Shown: positions 1 through 10,878 of the stretch, piece by piece
Layout: each line of letters starts with the position of its first letter
How positions within the stretch are numbered: the stretch's first letter is position 1
From: Limnothrix sp. BL-A-16
GTDB lineage: Bacteria; Cyanobacteriota; Cyanobacteriia; CACIAM-69d
DNA length: 64,000 nucleotides
Reading direction: 5' to 3'
Assembly: GCA_041937175.2 (NCBI GenBank)
Contig: CP166615.1
Location: 1,376,001 to 1,440,000, forward strand
Made by a program: the position numbers and the translations under genes
Notes under the pieces: generated by a model
Told to the model about the DNA's origin: nothing
What the model saw: the letters and a program-made list of their open reading frames with translations, nothing else
Databases searched by the model: none

Positions 1-692
1 CCGCCCAACTCCAACAGGGTTTTTTTGAGGTGGGTTCCGCAATGGCTCGCCAGGGCGCTGCCTGCCCCTTCGCTGCCGGTGAGGGTGGCCGCCGCGATTC
101 GCGGATCCGCCACCAGGGCCGCCACCCGATCGCTCCCAATCAGCAAGGTTTGGAAGATGCCCGCCGGAAACCCTCCCGCCAAAAATAAGTCCTCTAGCTT
201 TTGGGCCACCTGCGGCACATTGGACGCATGTTTCAGCAGGGCCCCATTGCCGGCCATCAGGGCCGGAGCAGCAAAGCGAAACACTTGCCAATAGGGAAAA
301 TTCCAAGGCATGACGGCCAAAATGAGGCCCAAGGGTTGATACCGGATAAAGCTGCGATGAGCATCAGTTTCAACCATTTCATCCGCTAAGAATTCGGCTG
401 CTCGATCGGCATAAAAACGACAAACGGCGGCGCATTTTTGCACTTCCCCGATCGCTGCGGTTAGGGGTTTTCCCATTTCCAAAACAGCCAGCCGGGCGAG
501 GGCTTCACAGTCTGTTTCCAGGCGATCGGCCACTTGATTTAACCAGGCTGCTCGTTGGGCGATCGGGACAGTTTGGTAAGCCTGAAAGGCGCGATCAGCT
601 AAATCCAGTTTGGCGGCTAATGCCTGATCCGTGAGCGGTTCAAAACGTTGAACCCATTGCCCGGTTGTGGGATTGACAGTTGCAATGGCCAC
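1..692 (-). CDS. gabD: NAD(P)-dependent succinate-semialdehyde dehydrogenase (aldehyde dehydrogenase family), N-terminal part; runs off the window start
   Basis: Manual minus-strand translation from GTG at 692 (AGGAGG RBS upstream) gives MAIATVNPTTGQW...; the window start reads LKKTLLELGG (ALDH catalytic Glu motif); also MPWNFP and TLTGS motifs. Confidence 0.8.
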   Translation of the reverse strand, partial: MAIATVNPTTGQWVQRFEPLTDQALAAKLDLADRAFQAYQTVPIAQRAAWLNQVADRLETDCEALARLAVLEMGKPLTAAIGEVQKCAAVCRFYADRAAEFLADEMVETDAHRSFIRYQPLGLILAVMPWNFPYWQVFRFAAPALMAGNGALLKHASNVPQVAQKLEDLFLAGGFPAGIFQTLLIGSDRVAALVADPRIAAATLTGSEGAGSALASHCGTHLKKTLLELG

Positions 693-1333
693 TGGACACC
701 TCCTAGATTTGTCCATGTCCCATCAGAACCGATTCTGCACTGACCCAAAATCGCTTAAGGATTGATCAAGTACCAATTCTGTTCTGAGTTAAAGATTGAT
801 TGAAGTATTTGTTAAAAGTCAATTAGTGATGAGCTAATCACGCCAAAACAGCGTTGAAGCAATAGCCAAAAACCAACGATTGAGAACCGATCAATAATGA
901 TTGAAAAAATAATTAAAGAAACGATTGAAAAGTTAATGGCCAGTCATTGCTGATCCATTTCTCATCGAATACCTATTCCTATCCTAGATGGGTTTTGGGG
1001 TCTAATTCTCGGTATTTCGCCAAAACTGTGTAACCTTATACAAAACTACATCATGCCAAGTGACCCTGGCCGCTGATTGGTCACTGATTGGTCAAACGAT
1101 TGCCCATTGGGATGCAGTGCTTTGCGATGGTCGGAAGCCTATCTTGAGTGGCTGAAGCGAAAGGTCGTTGTCTTGAATTGTCGCTCTTGAATTGCCGCTG
1201 TTTTTTGGATTAAGACTGTGCTGAGTTGCGCGTAACCTAATCGTTCTGCCGAGGTCGATTCAACCTTACCTGCGATTAACTGCCGCGTCACTGGTTTCTC
1301 AGCTCTCCTCTTAGTAACCCAAGGACAACTCCC

Positions 1334-4300
1334 ATGGCAACTTGGCTCCATCGCTCTGGTAATCGGTTGCTGGTGCTGCTGTTGTGGGGAAGTTGTTTGG
1401 GGAGCGGGGGCGATCGCGCCTGGGCCTTTAATCCCGAGCATTTGCGCCAACTGTTTGCCACCAATCAATGCGAGGGCTGTGACCTGTCGGGGGCGGATCT
1501 CAGTGGCCAGCGGATGAGCTATGCCAACCTGAGCGGGGCCGATTTGCGGGGCGCGAACTTATCGGGGGCCAATCTGAAGTCGGTTTTGGCTTGGCGTGCC
1601 AACTTGGCCGGGGCTAACTTGACGGGAGCCAATTTGGAAGATGCCACCCTGTCGAGGGCGAATTTGCAGGGGGTGAATTTGCGATCGGCCATCCTGGAGG
1701 ATTGCGATCTAGAGGGCACGGATTTGGCGGGGGTTGACCTCAGCGGCGTGGACTTGTCCAGAGTCAGTTTCAACGGAGCGAACCTGACAGAGGCCAAGTT
1801 GATGGGGGCCGATTTGTCTTGGGCGGAGTTAAACCGGGCGAATTTGACCAATGCTGATCTAACGGGGGCAATTCTGTTTGGGGCCGATTTGAATGGGGCG
1901 AATTTGACCGGGGCCAAGCTGGACGGAGCCAACATCGATGGGGCCGAAATGGCGGGGGTGATTGGCTACGGTGGCCCGCTGCCCAAGGAGGGGCCGGCAA
2001 TTCTAATTCAGGAGCAACCAAATTCGGCGGAGGGCGATCGCCTGTTGGAGCAGGGCGTGAACCTGTTGGGCCAAGGTCGGTTGCCGGAAGCACAGACCAC
2101 CTGGGAACAGGCCCTGGGAATTTATCGGCGCGATCGGGATGGGGCCGGAGCGGCGGTGACCATGGCTCAGTTGGCTATGGTCACCTTTCAGCGGGGGCAA
2201 TTGGATCAGGCGATCGATTGGGGATTCCAGGCGCTGAATCTGGCTCGGCAGGAGCGATCGGCCAGTGCGGAATCGGTGGCCTTGGGGATCATTGGCAATG
2301 TTCACTACGAGCGGGCAGATTATCTGAAAGCCCTGGAGTTTTATCAACAGCGGTTACAGGCCTCCGCTGGTGGGCCCTTCTACCATGCGGCTTTGATCGA
2401 TCGCGCCAAGGGGGCGATCGCCATTGGCGACTATGCCACCGGAATGCTCGACAGCTTGGAGGTGCTCAACGATCCGCTGCAAACGGCCACACCCGTTCGG
2501 CGCTTAGGAGCCTTGATCACCATGGTGCAAGGCCTGATCGGCGCAGGAGACTATGCCCAGGCTCGCCGCTACCTGAACGAAGCCCGCCAAGACCTGAAAG
2601 GGGTCAGCAATCGGCTGTGGGAGCCGGAGTTTTGGCAACTGAGCAGCGCCCTTGATCTGAACCAAGGCAACTTTACAGCGGCGATCGCAGCGGCAGAACA
2701 GGCCTGGGAAATTGCCCCCAGCCCCCGATTGAAATATGCGGCCCAACGCTCGATCGGCCTGGCCCAAGCGGCCCAAGGCAACTGGGGTGCGGCCATCAAA
2801 TCCTATGAAGCGGCGCTGAACATTGCCCAAACGGTGAACGATCGACGGGGCCGCGTGGAGGTGCTCAGTGATTTGGGGTTGGCTCTACACCAATCCGGCG
2901 ACCTAAACCGAGCGGCCAGCGTCCTCACCCAAGCGAGCGAAGGTTGGGATGAGCTGGTGCAAACCTTCATTGGCGAGGATTATTTCAAGGTGGGGTTCAT
3001 GGAGCTGCAAACCCAGGTTAATCAACGGCTTCAGGATGTGTACTTGGCTCAAAACCGCCCGGAACAGGCCCTGGTGGTGTCAGAACAGGGGCGATCGCGC
3101 GTGTTTTTGGACTTGATGATGGGGAAATTGGCTGCCCAAGGTCGTTTGGCTAACCCCGATTCCGCTGTGTCGGTGGAAAGCATCCAGGCCACTGCCCGAT
3201 CGCAGCGGGCCACCCTGGTGATCTACGCGGTTCAGCAAGAGGACAGCACGACCTATTGCAGCATCTACAGCAAGTCCTGCCAATTAACCACCGCCAAGCC
3301 CCAAACCAGCGCCCTCAACCCGCCGCCACCGGACAAGGTGAATATTTGGGTGGTGTCGCCCGAGGGACAAATTCACTTTCGGCGCGGCCAGTTACCTCAG
3401 GCCGAAAACCAGCCTCATCCCGTTCCCTTGAACGATTTGGTGAGCCGCAGCCGCAGCAAGGTGACCTTTCAACAGTTGCCCAGCCTGCGCCAACTCCACA
3501 GCCTGTTGATTGAACCGATTGTCGATCTGTTGCCCAAGGAGCCGAGCGATCGAGTGGTGTTTATTCCCCAAGGCACGCTGTTTTTAGTGCCCTTTGCGGC
3601 CCTGCGCAATCCCGATGGCCAATACCTGATCCAAAATCACACCCTGTCGGTCTCTCCTTCCATTCGCGTGTTGGCCCTGGCCAGCAGCCAACTGCCCCCA
3701 CTATCAGCGGGACAACCCCAACCCCTGCGCGGCCCGGCTTTGGTGGTGGGTAACCCAACCATGCCCCAAATTCCCGATCGCAACTTGGGCGACCAGGAGC
3801 GCTCCTTGGCCCCCTTGCCGGGAGCCAGCCTGGAGGCCCGGGCGATCGCCCAATTGCTGAACACTCAGCCCCTGGAGGGCGCAGCGGCCACCGAAACCGC
3901 CGTCACCGCCCGGATGGAAGAATCCCAAATTATTCACCTTGCCACCCATGGCCTGCTGGATGACTACTTCGGTGAGGGGGTCATTCCGGCGGTTCCGGGG
4001 GCTTTGGCGTTGGCTCCCAGCCCCAATCCGGAAGGGGATGACCAAGATGGATTCCTGACCACCGAGGAAATCTTGAACCTGAAGCTAAAGGCGCAGTTGG
4101 TGGTGCTGAGTGCCTGCGATACGGGACGGGGCCGACTCACTAGTGATGGGGCGATCGGGCTGTCGCGGGCGTTCATTGTGGCGGGTGCGCCCAGCACGGT
4201 TGTTTCCCTTTGGGCAGTGCCGGATCAGCCCACTTCGGAGTTGATGTTGACGTTCTACCGGGAATTTTTGAAGTCGGGCGATCGGGCCGCGGCCCTGCGG

Positions 4301-4381
4301 GCGGCCATGCTGGATACCCAACAGCGTCACCCGGATCCGGTGAATTGGGCGGCCTTTTCCCTGGTGGGGGCAGCCCGTTAG
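1334..4381 (+). CDS. Secreted pentapeptide-repeat / TPR / CHAT (caspase-HetF family) protease
   Basis: N-terminal signal-like segment ending AWA; A(D/N)LxG pentapeptide repeats; TPR-like helices; CHAT motifs IIHLATHG and VLSACDTG; C-terminal WAAFSLVG. Confidence 0.9.
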   Translation: MATWLHRSGNRLLVLLLWGSCLGSGGDRAWAFNPEHLRQLFATNQCEGCDLSGADLSGQRMSYANLSGADLRGANLSGANLKSVLAWRANLAGANLTGANLEDATLSRANLQGVNLRSAILEDCDLEGTDLAGVDLSGVDLSRVSFNGANLTEAKLMGADLSWAELNRANLTNADLTGAILFGADLNGANLTGAKLDGANIDGAEMAGVIGYGGPLPKEGPAILIQEQPNSAEGDRLLEQGVNLLGQGRLPEAQTTWEQALGIYRRDRDGAGAAVTMAQLAMVTFQRGQLDQAIDWGFQALNLARQERSASAESVALGIIGNVHYERADYLKALEFYQQRLQASAGGPFYHAALIDRAKGAIAIGDYATGMLDSLEVLNDPLQTATPVRRLGALITMVQGLIGAGDYAQARRYLNEARQDLKGVSNRLWEPEFWQLSSALDLNQGNFTAAIAAAEQAWEIAPSPRLKYAAQRSIGLAQAAQGNWGAAIKSYEAALNIAQTVNDRRGRVEVLSDLGLALHQSGDLNRAASVLTQASEGWDELVQTFIGEDYFKVGFMELQTQVNQRLQDVYLAQNRPEQALVVSEQGRSRVFLDLMMGKLAAQGRLANPDSAVSVESIQATARSQRATLVIYAVQQEDSTTYCSIYSKSCQLTTAKPQTSALNPPPPDKVNIWVVSPEGQIHFRRGQLPQAENQPHPVPLNDLVSRSRSKVTFQQLPSLRQLHSLLIEPIVDLLPKEPSDRVVFIPQGTLFLVPFAALRNPDGQYLIQNHTLSVSPSIRVLALASSQLPPLSAGQPQPLRGPALVVGNPTMPQIPDRNLGDQERSLAPLPGASLEARAIAQLLNTQPLEGAAATETAVTARMEESQIIHLATHGLLDDYFGEGVIPAVPGALALAPSPNPEGDDQDGFLTTEEILNLKLKAQLVVLSACDTGRGRLTSDGAIGLSRAFIVAGAPSTVVSLWAVPDQPTSELMLTFYREFLKSGDRAAALRAAMLDTQQRHPDPVNWAAFSLVGAAR

Positions 4382-4389
4382 GGATCGAC

Positions 4390-4471
4390 GGGAAAACAGG
4401 CGATCACGCTTGAATTTGTAACGTTCTTCATGGGAAAGCAGGCGATCGCGCTTGAATCTGTAACGTTCTTC
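4390..4471. repeat. Two-copy ~42-bp tandem duplication containing HIP1
   Basis: gggaaaacaggcgatcacgcttgaatttgtaacgttcttca followed by gggaaagcaggcgatcgcgcttgaatctgtaacgttcttca. Confidence 0.85.
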
Positions 4472-4570
4472 AACGGAACATTGACAGGTCTGATGACAAT
4501 TCCGTAGCTTTGGATACAGAAAAAGACTGGTCTTTTAAGCTGGGCGTTGATGTCCAAAGGAGTTGAGGCC

Positions 4571-4816
4571 ATGCAACTGAGCGATCGCGTCACCCGTTCC
4601 TACAGCCCCACAACTTGGACGGCCGCGGCTAACATTGCCCACCCTCAGGAGCGCTGCTGGGTTGATCTGCTCTGGTTGCCGAATGATACCTGCCACGATC
4701 GGGCGCTGTTGCTTTGTGAGCATGAGGATGAAGCCTGGACGGTCTGGATTCCTGGCCATGGCGAAATGGTGATTGCTCGATCGCAAATGGGCCCGATCGT
4801 CTGCGAAGCGGCCTAG
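4571..4816 (+). CDS. Small conserved cyanobacterial hypothetical protein
   Basis: ATG at 4571 after GGAG/GAGG; motif WVDLL..P...HDRALLLC....W.VWIPGHGE resembles a small cyanobacterial family. Confidence 0.65.
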   Translation: MQLSDRVTRSYSPTTWTAAANIAHPQERCWVDLLWLPNDTCHDRALLLCEHEDEAWTVWIPGHGEMVIARSQMGPIVCEAA

Positions 4817-4980
4817 GCGCACAGCCAAAAGCTTGCATTGTTCCTCGATTCATTCGCCCCAAACGTAATCATTCGCCCAGATCACCCGCCTAAAGGCCAA
4901 ACCCTAGAGGCGCAACCATCCCAGACAAGGGGTTTAAACCCCTTGCCCCTACGACTTTGCAGCGGCCGTGATTTGGCTCC

Positions 4981-5045
4981 GGCGAAGACTTTCGGCAAAG
5001 ACTTTCAGTAAAAACTTCGGGCCAAGATTCTTGGTAGAAACTGCC
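4981..5045. repeat. Degenerate 13-bp tandem repeat (about 5 units)
   Basis: ggcgaagactttc ggcaaagactttc agtaaaaacttcg ggccaagattctt ggtagaaactgcc. Confidence 0.6.
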
Positions 5046-5210
5046 AACCAAAACGGTGGCCAAACGGCTGTTACTGCCGCTTGGCCACCATCTTGATGAG
5101 CACCGTCATGAGTCACGGGGGAGTCAGAGGCACGAATCGGGGAACTGGAGCCAGATCGAGTTCAGCTCCCCGCAACGCCGCCCCTGAAAACTCTGATCCA
5201 ACTAATCCAA

Positions 5211-7358
5211 CTAAGGCGCGAGGTAGGTATAGCCCTGAAGGCTGCGCTCATAGTTTTGTAGCAGCAGTTGCGACTCCCGCAAGGAAATGTGTTTTTCCTG
5301 CATGGCTTGCTCCGCTTGCCGGCGCATACTTTCCACCAAATCCTCCGGCTCGTATTGCACGTAGCTGAGGGCTTCCTTCATGGTGTCACCCCTCACCACA
5401 TGCTCAATTCGGTAGCCCTTGGGGGTGAGGTGGATATGAACGGTGTTGGTGTCACCAAACAGATTGTGCAGGCTGCCCATAATTTCCTGATAAGCGCCAT
5501 TCAGGAACATGCCCAGGTAGTAGGGTTCATATTCCCGATCGCCATAGGACTCCTGTTGACTGGGATCAACCGGCTTTAGGGCGTGCAGTTCCAACACGTT
5601 TTTCACGTCGCGCAAATCGATGAATTGGTCGATTTTGCCGTCGCTGTCGCAGGTGAGATCCGCCAAAATCCCTCGCTCGGTGGGTTCCTCATCGAGGCGG
5701 TGGATCGGCGCGATCGGGAAAAGCTGCCCGATCGCCCAAGTATCCGGGGCCGACTGAAACACCGACATATTGATGTAGTAGATCGACGACATCATCTGTT
5801 CTAGGTATTCCAAATCATCGGGCACATAATCTTCCTTGCGGACAATTTCCCGAATCTTGGTGCAGCAAGCCCAATACAACCGCTCAATTTTGGCGCGATC
5901 GGTCAGGCTCAAATAACCAAAACTAAACAGGCTCAAGGCCTCATCCCGAGTTTGCGTTGCATCGTGGAACATCTCTTGATAGTTGTCCCGATCGATCAAC
6001 GAATAGGTTTCATAAAGGCTCTTGAGGGCCGCGTGGTCTTCCGGTTCCGAGGGTTGCGGCTCCGTGAAAGCCATTTGGCTCACACTCAACACATCAAACA
6101 CCAGCACCGACTGGTGCGAAGCCACCGCCCGCCCGCTCTCGCTAATGAGGGTGGGAACCTTCACCCCTCGCGACGAACAGGTATCATTCACCGCCGCCAC
6201 AATGTCATCGGCGTAATTTTGCAGCGTGTAGTTGGTGGAAGCGTGGAAATTCGTCTTGGAACCGTCATAGTCGATCCCCAAGCCGCCTCCCACATCCAGG
6301 TATTGCATCCCCGCACCCAGTTCATGCAGTTCCACATAAATCTGGCTGGCTTCGCGGATCGCATCCTTAATCACACTGATTGAGGAGATCTGAGAACCAA
6401 TGTGGAAATGCAGCAACTGCAAACAGTCGAGCATATCCGCTTGGCGCAGTTGATCCACCGCGCCCAGAATTTCCGGAATCGTCAGGCCAAATTTTGCCCG
6501 ATCGCCCGCCGAATCTCCCCAGCGGCCCACGCCCTTCGCATTCAGCTTGGCCCGGACACCCAAAATCGGCTTGATGCCTAACCGTTGACTGGCGGAGATG
6601 GCCAGTTTCACCTCTTCCACCTGCTCCAGCACAATGACGGGCGTTTTGCCCAAGCGCTGGGCCAAGATTGCCGTTTCGATATATTCCCGATCCTTGTAGC
6701 CATTGCAAATCAGCATGGCTCCCGGGGTGGTCAACATCGCCAGGGCGATCATCAATTCTGGCTTTGACCCGGCTTCCAGCCCAAATTGATAGGGCTGGCC
6801 AAATTCCACCAGGTCTTCAATCAAGTGGCGCTGCTGGTTGCACTTGACGGGGAACACGCCCTTATAGCCCCCGGCGTATTTGTATTTGGCGATCGCCTTA
6901 GCAAAAACCGCCGTGAGCCGTTCAATGCGATCGGCCAAAATATCCGTGAACCGAATCAACAGAGGCAAACCCAAATTTCGCTGCTTGAGCGCTTCAACGA
7001 GTTCGTGCAAGTCGATCGCCCCGCCGCGCTCCGCTTTTGGCGAAACCGTCACGTGACCCGCCGCATTAATCGAAAAATACGGCTCACCCCATGCCCGAAT
7101 GCGATAGGTGGCTTCGCTGTCCTCGATCGTCCAGGGACGTTCCCCGGTCACGCTATTTGTTTTTTGTGCCAATTCCGTTAAACCCTGAATTGCCGTGCGT
7201 GCATCGGCCCGCATTCCGCGCTTGCGTCGTCCGCCCCGGTCACTGCGGGCTGATTCTTCAGTTTCCTTTGCAGTAACCGACCCGTCCACCATTGGACTTT
7301 CGGCCTGGGCGATCGTCGATTCCGCCGTGGCAGTCTCGACCGTCAAATCGATCCCCAT
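5211..7358 (-). CDS. speA: Biosynthetic arginine decarboxylase
   Basis: FPVKCNQ (PLP lysine), GLEAGSKPEL, LHFHIGSQI, DVGGGLGIDYDGS, DLTCDSDG, GAYQEIMGSLHNLFG. Confidence 0.97.
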   Translation of the reverse strand: MGIDLTVETATAESTIAQAESPMVDGSVTAKETEESARSDRGGRRKRGMRADARTAIQGLTELAQKTNSVTGERPWTIEDSEATYRIRAWGEPYFSINAAGHVTVSPKAERGGAIDLHELVEALKQRNLGLPLLIRFTDILADRIERLTAVFAKAIAKYKYAGGYKGVFPVKCNQQRHLIEDLVEFGQPYQFGLEAGSKPELMIALAMLTTPGAMLICNGYKDREYIETAILAQRLGKTPVIVLEQVEEVKLAISASQRLGIKPILGVRAKLNAKGVGRWGDSAGDRAKFGLTIPEILGAVDQLRQADMLDCLQLLHFHIGSQISSISVIKDAIREASQIYVELHELGAGMQYLDVGGGLGIDYDGSKTNFHASTNYTLQNYADDIVAAVNDTCSSRGVKVPTLISESGRAVASHQSVLVFDVLSVSQMAFTEPQPSEPEDHAALKSLYETYSLIDRDNYQEMFHDATQTRDEALSLFSFGYLSLTDRAKIERLYWACCTKIREIVRKEDYVPDDLEYLEQMMSSIYYINMSVFQSAPDTWAIGQLFPIAPIHRLDEEPTERGILADLTCDSDGKIDQFIDLRDVKNVLELHALKPVDPSQQESYGDREYEPYYLGMFLNGAYQEIMGSLHNLFGDTNTVHIHLTPKGYRIEHVVRGDTMKEALSYVQYEPEDLVESMRRQAEQAMQEKHISLRESQLLLQNYERSLQGYTYLAP

Positions 7359-7681
7359 TTTTCGTCAACCTCCAGACGACAGTCCAGCTAGCAGCGGGTC
7401 TGCTTGATTGATAATGACCGGCAATGACCGGACTAAGATAAACCAGCTTCTCAGTGTATCCTAATTCCAATCAAAAGGGCGGCAATCCCGGTGGGGTAAG
7501 GATTCGGTTAACTTTTGGTTATACCCCCGCAGCCCTAGGGCGACCTGTGAAGTCATCCGCAAAGCCCTAATCGACAGTCCCGGCGATCGATCCTGACCAA
7601 ACTGGCCCATTTTTTTGCACTATTAGAAGGGCAAAAATTTCCCGCCCCTATTATTTTTCCCTTTCTTGAGGAGTGCAAGTC

Positions 7682-8131
7682 GTGGAACGTACGTTTATTG
7701 CCATCAAACCCGATGGCGTGCAGCGCGGTCTGATTGGTGAAATCATCAAGCGTTTTGAAGTCAAAGGCTTCACCCTCGTGGGTCTCAAGCTGCTGAACGT
7801 GAGCCGCGAGCTAGCTGAAGAGCACTACTCGGTACACCGCGAGCGCCCCTTCTTTGCTGGCTTGGTGGAATTCATCACCTCCGGCCCCGTGGTGGCGATG
7901 GTGTGGGAAGGTGACGGCGTGGTGGCATCGGCCCGCCAAATCATTGGGGCCACCAACCCCCTGACCGCCAATCCGGGCACGATCCGGGGTGACTTTGGGG
8001 TCAACATTGGCCGCAACCTGATCCATGGTTCCGACGCAGTGGAAACGGCCCAGCGCGAAATCGCATTGTGGTTCAAGGATGAGGAGCTGGCCAACTGGTC
8101 TCCGACGATCAGCAAGTGGCTGTACGAATAG
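7682..8131 (+). CDS. ndk: Nucleoside diphosphate kinase
   Basis: [33 protein letters not shown] at 7682 after a GAGGAG RBS. Confidence 0.97.
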   Translation: MERTFIAIKPDGVQRGLIGEIIKRFEVKGFTLVGLKLLNVSRELAEEHYSVHRERPFFAGLVEFITSGPVVAMVWEGDGVVASARQIIGATNPLTANPGTIRGDFGVNIGRNLIHGSDAVETAQREIALWFKDEELANWSPTISKWLYE

Positions 8132-8305
8132 GATCGTTCACTAACCCTCGCCACTTGCGAGATTGGGGCGCGTCCTCAAATTCGATTCATGAAAACTCGA
8201 TTCAATGGGGCTGGGATATGTGGATCTGCTCAATGTAGATCTGCTCACCCCCATGATCTTGGGCAAGGGGCTGAAGCCCCTTGTCTTTGTTGATTTTTGG
8301 GTCTT

Positions 8306-9289
8306 TTAGCCGCGACTGTGGAACTCGATTTGATTGCCCCGAATGATCAGGTCATAGCCACCGAAAAAGTTTTGACCCAATAGCCCAATTTCCAAGACCG
8401 GTGCAACGCCCACTTCTAGGTTGCTGACCGACAGGCCTTCCACTTGCACGGTGTCAATGCGGGCCAAGTCCATGGTGACACGGCGATCGCTCGGGGTTGA
8501 AACCAAGATCTTGTCATGGGGCCGAATGCCGAGAGCTGACAGCATTTTGCTGGTGATCACGGTGGCGCTGGCTCCGGTGTCCAACATCATGGGAAATTTG
8601 CGCCCGTTGAAGGTCACTTCAATGACGGGAATGCCACTGACCCGCTGAATGATGGGGATGGTGGCGATGACGGGCCCGGAACTGGCAACGGTGCTGTTTG
8701 GGCTGTCGCTGCCGGTTTCTGGAGCGGGCAGGTTGGAACTGGTGTCAGGGTTGCCGCTGGGGCTGCTGACGGGGATGGGGGTGGCGGCGGCTCCCGGTTG
8801 GGTTCCGCCGTTGTTGCTTGGGGTGGTGTTGCTGGCGGGGGCGCTCAGGGGTTGGGCGGCAATGGTGGCGGGGGGTTGGGCGATCGGCTGGCGCGATCGC
8901 TCCCGGGCATAGGCCAAGTTGCTGCGGTATTCCTGGATTTTGGCTTGGGCTTGGGCATGTTGAGCACTTTGGGGTGGCACTGATTGCAGCACCACGATCG
9001 CCTCTTGCCAACGGGACATGACATATTGCCAATCCGCTGGGATGTAGGCCGATTGGGTGAGCTTTGCTGCGCCATAGCCCAAGTCCAGGGCTTTTTGGAA
9101 GGTGGCGGCTCCGTCGATCACCGGGGTGGGCGTGGTGGGTACTTGGGGCTTCGCGGCGATCGGGGCGGGGGCGCTTTCGTTGGTTTCGGCGGGCGCGGCG
9201 GTCGGGGCAGAGCCAAGGGGCAGCGCCTCACAACCGGCCAGGGCGATCGCCCCTAGCCCAATCCAGGTTGCCCACAGTTGCTTCCACAT
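8306..9289 (-). CDS. Lipoprotein with C-terminal retropepsin-like aspartic protease domain
   Basis: Lipobox ALAGC; Pro/Thr/Ser-rich linker; MMLDTGAS and GLLGQNFF motifs; start taken at ATG 9289. Confidence 0.8.
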   Translation of the reverse strand: MWKQLWATWIGLGAIALAGCEALPLGSAPTAAPAETNESAPAPIAAKPQVPTTPTPVIDGAATFQKALDLGYGAAKLTQSAYIPADWQYVMSRWQEAIVVLQSVPPQSAQHAQAQAKIQEYRSNLAYARERSRQPIAQPPATIAAQPLSAPASNTTPSNNGGTQPGAAATPIPVSSPSGNPDTSSNLPAPETGSDSPNSTVASSGPVIATIPIIQRVSGIPVIEVTFNGRKFPMMLDTGASATVITSKMLSALGIRPHDKILVSTPSDRRVTMDLARIDTVQVEGLSVSNLEVGVAPVLEIGLLGQNFFGGYDLIIRGNQIEFHSRG

Positions 9290-9414
9290 GGCTTTGATTC
9301 TTGGTTTGAAGGTTAACGGCAACGTTGACTGCAAAAAAGCCCCTTAATTTGGGGGGTGGGTCGGGAAAATCAGCCCTTGACATCTTGATTGATCGAACAG
9401 GCAACAACCCCTGA

Positions 9415-9545
9415 GAGGATGTCTGAAAAGTGTCTTTTGGCACGGGCAATGCACCAATAGTCGTGGGGGCAAGGGGCTTAAGCCCCTTGTCTTCGTCGAT
9501 CAATGAGGCGTGCAGAGTATTGATTTTGGCTTTTCAGACATCCTC
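9415..9545. mobile_element. MITE (131 bp) with IS5/IS1031-like ends, carrying the 20-bp palindrome
   Basis: Perfect 16-bp TIRs GAGGATGTCTGAAAAG / CTTTTCAGACATCCTC flanked by a 3-bp TGA direct repeat. Confidence 0.8.
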
Positions 9546-9696
9546 TGAGACTGACCTTTCCCCAATATTTTTTCCTAGGTTTCCCAAAATCCTATAGAAA
9601 ACTGTCGAATTTGATAGCACTCGCGGGCCAGAAATGATTCTATATAGACTTGATTTTATGCCCACTTCATCGACTGCTGCACAGGCATTGCTCACC

Positions 9697-10878
9697 ATGT
9701 CTTCAACTTCCGATCGCCCAGCGCTTTTAGTCTTGGCCGATGGCAGCGCCTATTTGGGTCGCAGCTTCGGAGCCACCGGCACAACCGTTGGCGAAGTCGT
9801 CTTTAACACCGGCATGACTGGCTATCAGGAGGTGCTGACCGATCCGAGCTATTGCGGCCAGATTGTGCTGTTCACCTATCCGGAGTTGGGCAACGTTGGC
9901 ATCAACCCGGAAGATGAGGAGTCCGATCGCCCCTATGTGTGCGGGGCGATCGCCCGCAACGTGTCTCGCCGGCCGAGCAACTGGCGATCGACCGAGGCCC
10001 TGCCGGACTACATGGCCCGCCATGATATTCCAGGGATCTACGGGGTTGATACTCGGGCGATCGTCCGCAAAATTCGGGCCGTGGGGGCCATGAACGGGGC
10101 AATTTCCACGGAAATTTTGGATCCAGCAGATCTGCTGCGGTTGGTGCAACAAACCCCGAGCATGGCGGGCTTGAACCTGGTGAAGGAAGTCACCACGGCG
10201 GAAATTTACGAGTGGACGGAAGGAACCCAACCGGAATGGGAATTTAACCCGGCGACGGAGGCGGCCAAGGCCACCACGGGTGATCAGCCGTTGACGGTGG
10301 TGGCGCTGGATTTTGGTGTGAAGCGGAATATTCTGCGCCGGTTGGCGAGTTTTGGTTGCCGCATCATTGTGGTGCCCGCCAGCACCCCGATCGACACCAT
10401 TTTGGGATTCAATCCCGATGGCATTTTCCTCTCCAACGGCCCCGGCGACCCGTCCGCTGTCACCGAAGGTATTGAAACGGTGCAACAACTGGTGAATGCC
10501 AACAAGCCCATGTTTGGCATTTGCATGGGTCACCAAATTTTGGGTTTGGCGCTGGGAGCCGAAACCTTCAAGCTCAAGTTTGGTCACCGCGGCCTGAACC
10601 AACCGGCCGGCTTTGCGGGGCAGCAGGTGGAAATTACCAGCCAAAACCACAGTTTCGCCATTTCTGACGGTTCCCTGACGGAAGGGGAGGTGGAAGTGAC
10701 GCATTTGAACCTGAACGATCGAACGATCGCGGGCTTGCGCCACCGCCAATTGCCGCTGTTTTCGGTGCAATATCACCCAGAAGCCAGCCCCGGCCCCCAC
10801 GATGCCGATTATCTGTTTGAAAAATTCGTGCGATCGATGCAAGATGCCCGCCGCACTCGATCGACCGTTCCGGCCTAG
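9697..10878 (+). CDS. carA: Carbamoyl-phosphate synthase small subunit
   Basis: [44 protein letters not shown]; start uncertain (9634/9658/9697). Confidence 0.96.
   Translation: MSSTSDRPALLVLADGSAYLGRSFGATGTTVGEVVFNTGMTGYQEVLTDPSYCGQIVLFTYPELGNVGINPEDEESDRPYVCGAIARNVSRRPSNWRSTEALPDYMARHDIPGIYGVDTRAIVRKIRAVGAMNGAISTEILDPADLLRLVQQTPSMAGLNLVKEVTTAEIYEWTEGTQPEWEFNPATEAAKATTGDQPLTVVALDFGVKRNILRRLASFGCRIIVVPASTPIDTILGFNPDGIFLSNGPGDPSAVTEGIETVQQLVNANKPMFGICMGHQILGLALGAETFKLKFGHRGLNQPAGFAGQQVEITSQNHSFAISDGSLTEGEVEVTHLNLNDRTIAGLRHRQLPLFSVQYHPEASPGPHDADYLFEKFVRSMQDARRTRSTVPA

Noticed and set aside
1029..1042. TGTA-N6-TACA dyad as an NtcA site
   Set aside because: The spacing is N6, whereas NtcA needs GTA-N8-TAC
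9228..9503. Short ORFs containing [14 protein letters not shown] (also 59441-59743)
   Set aside because: They are translations of the MITE sequence, not independent genes
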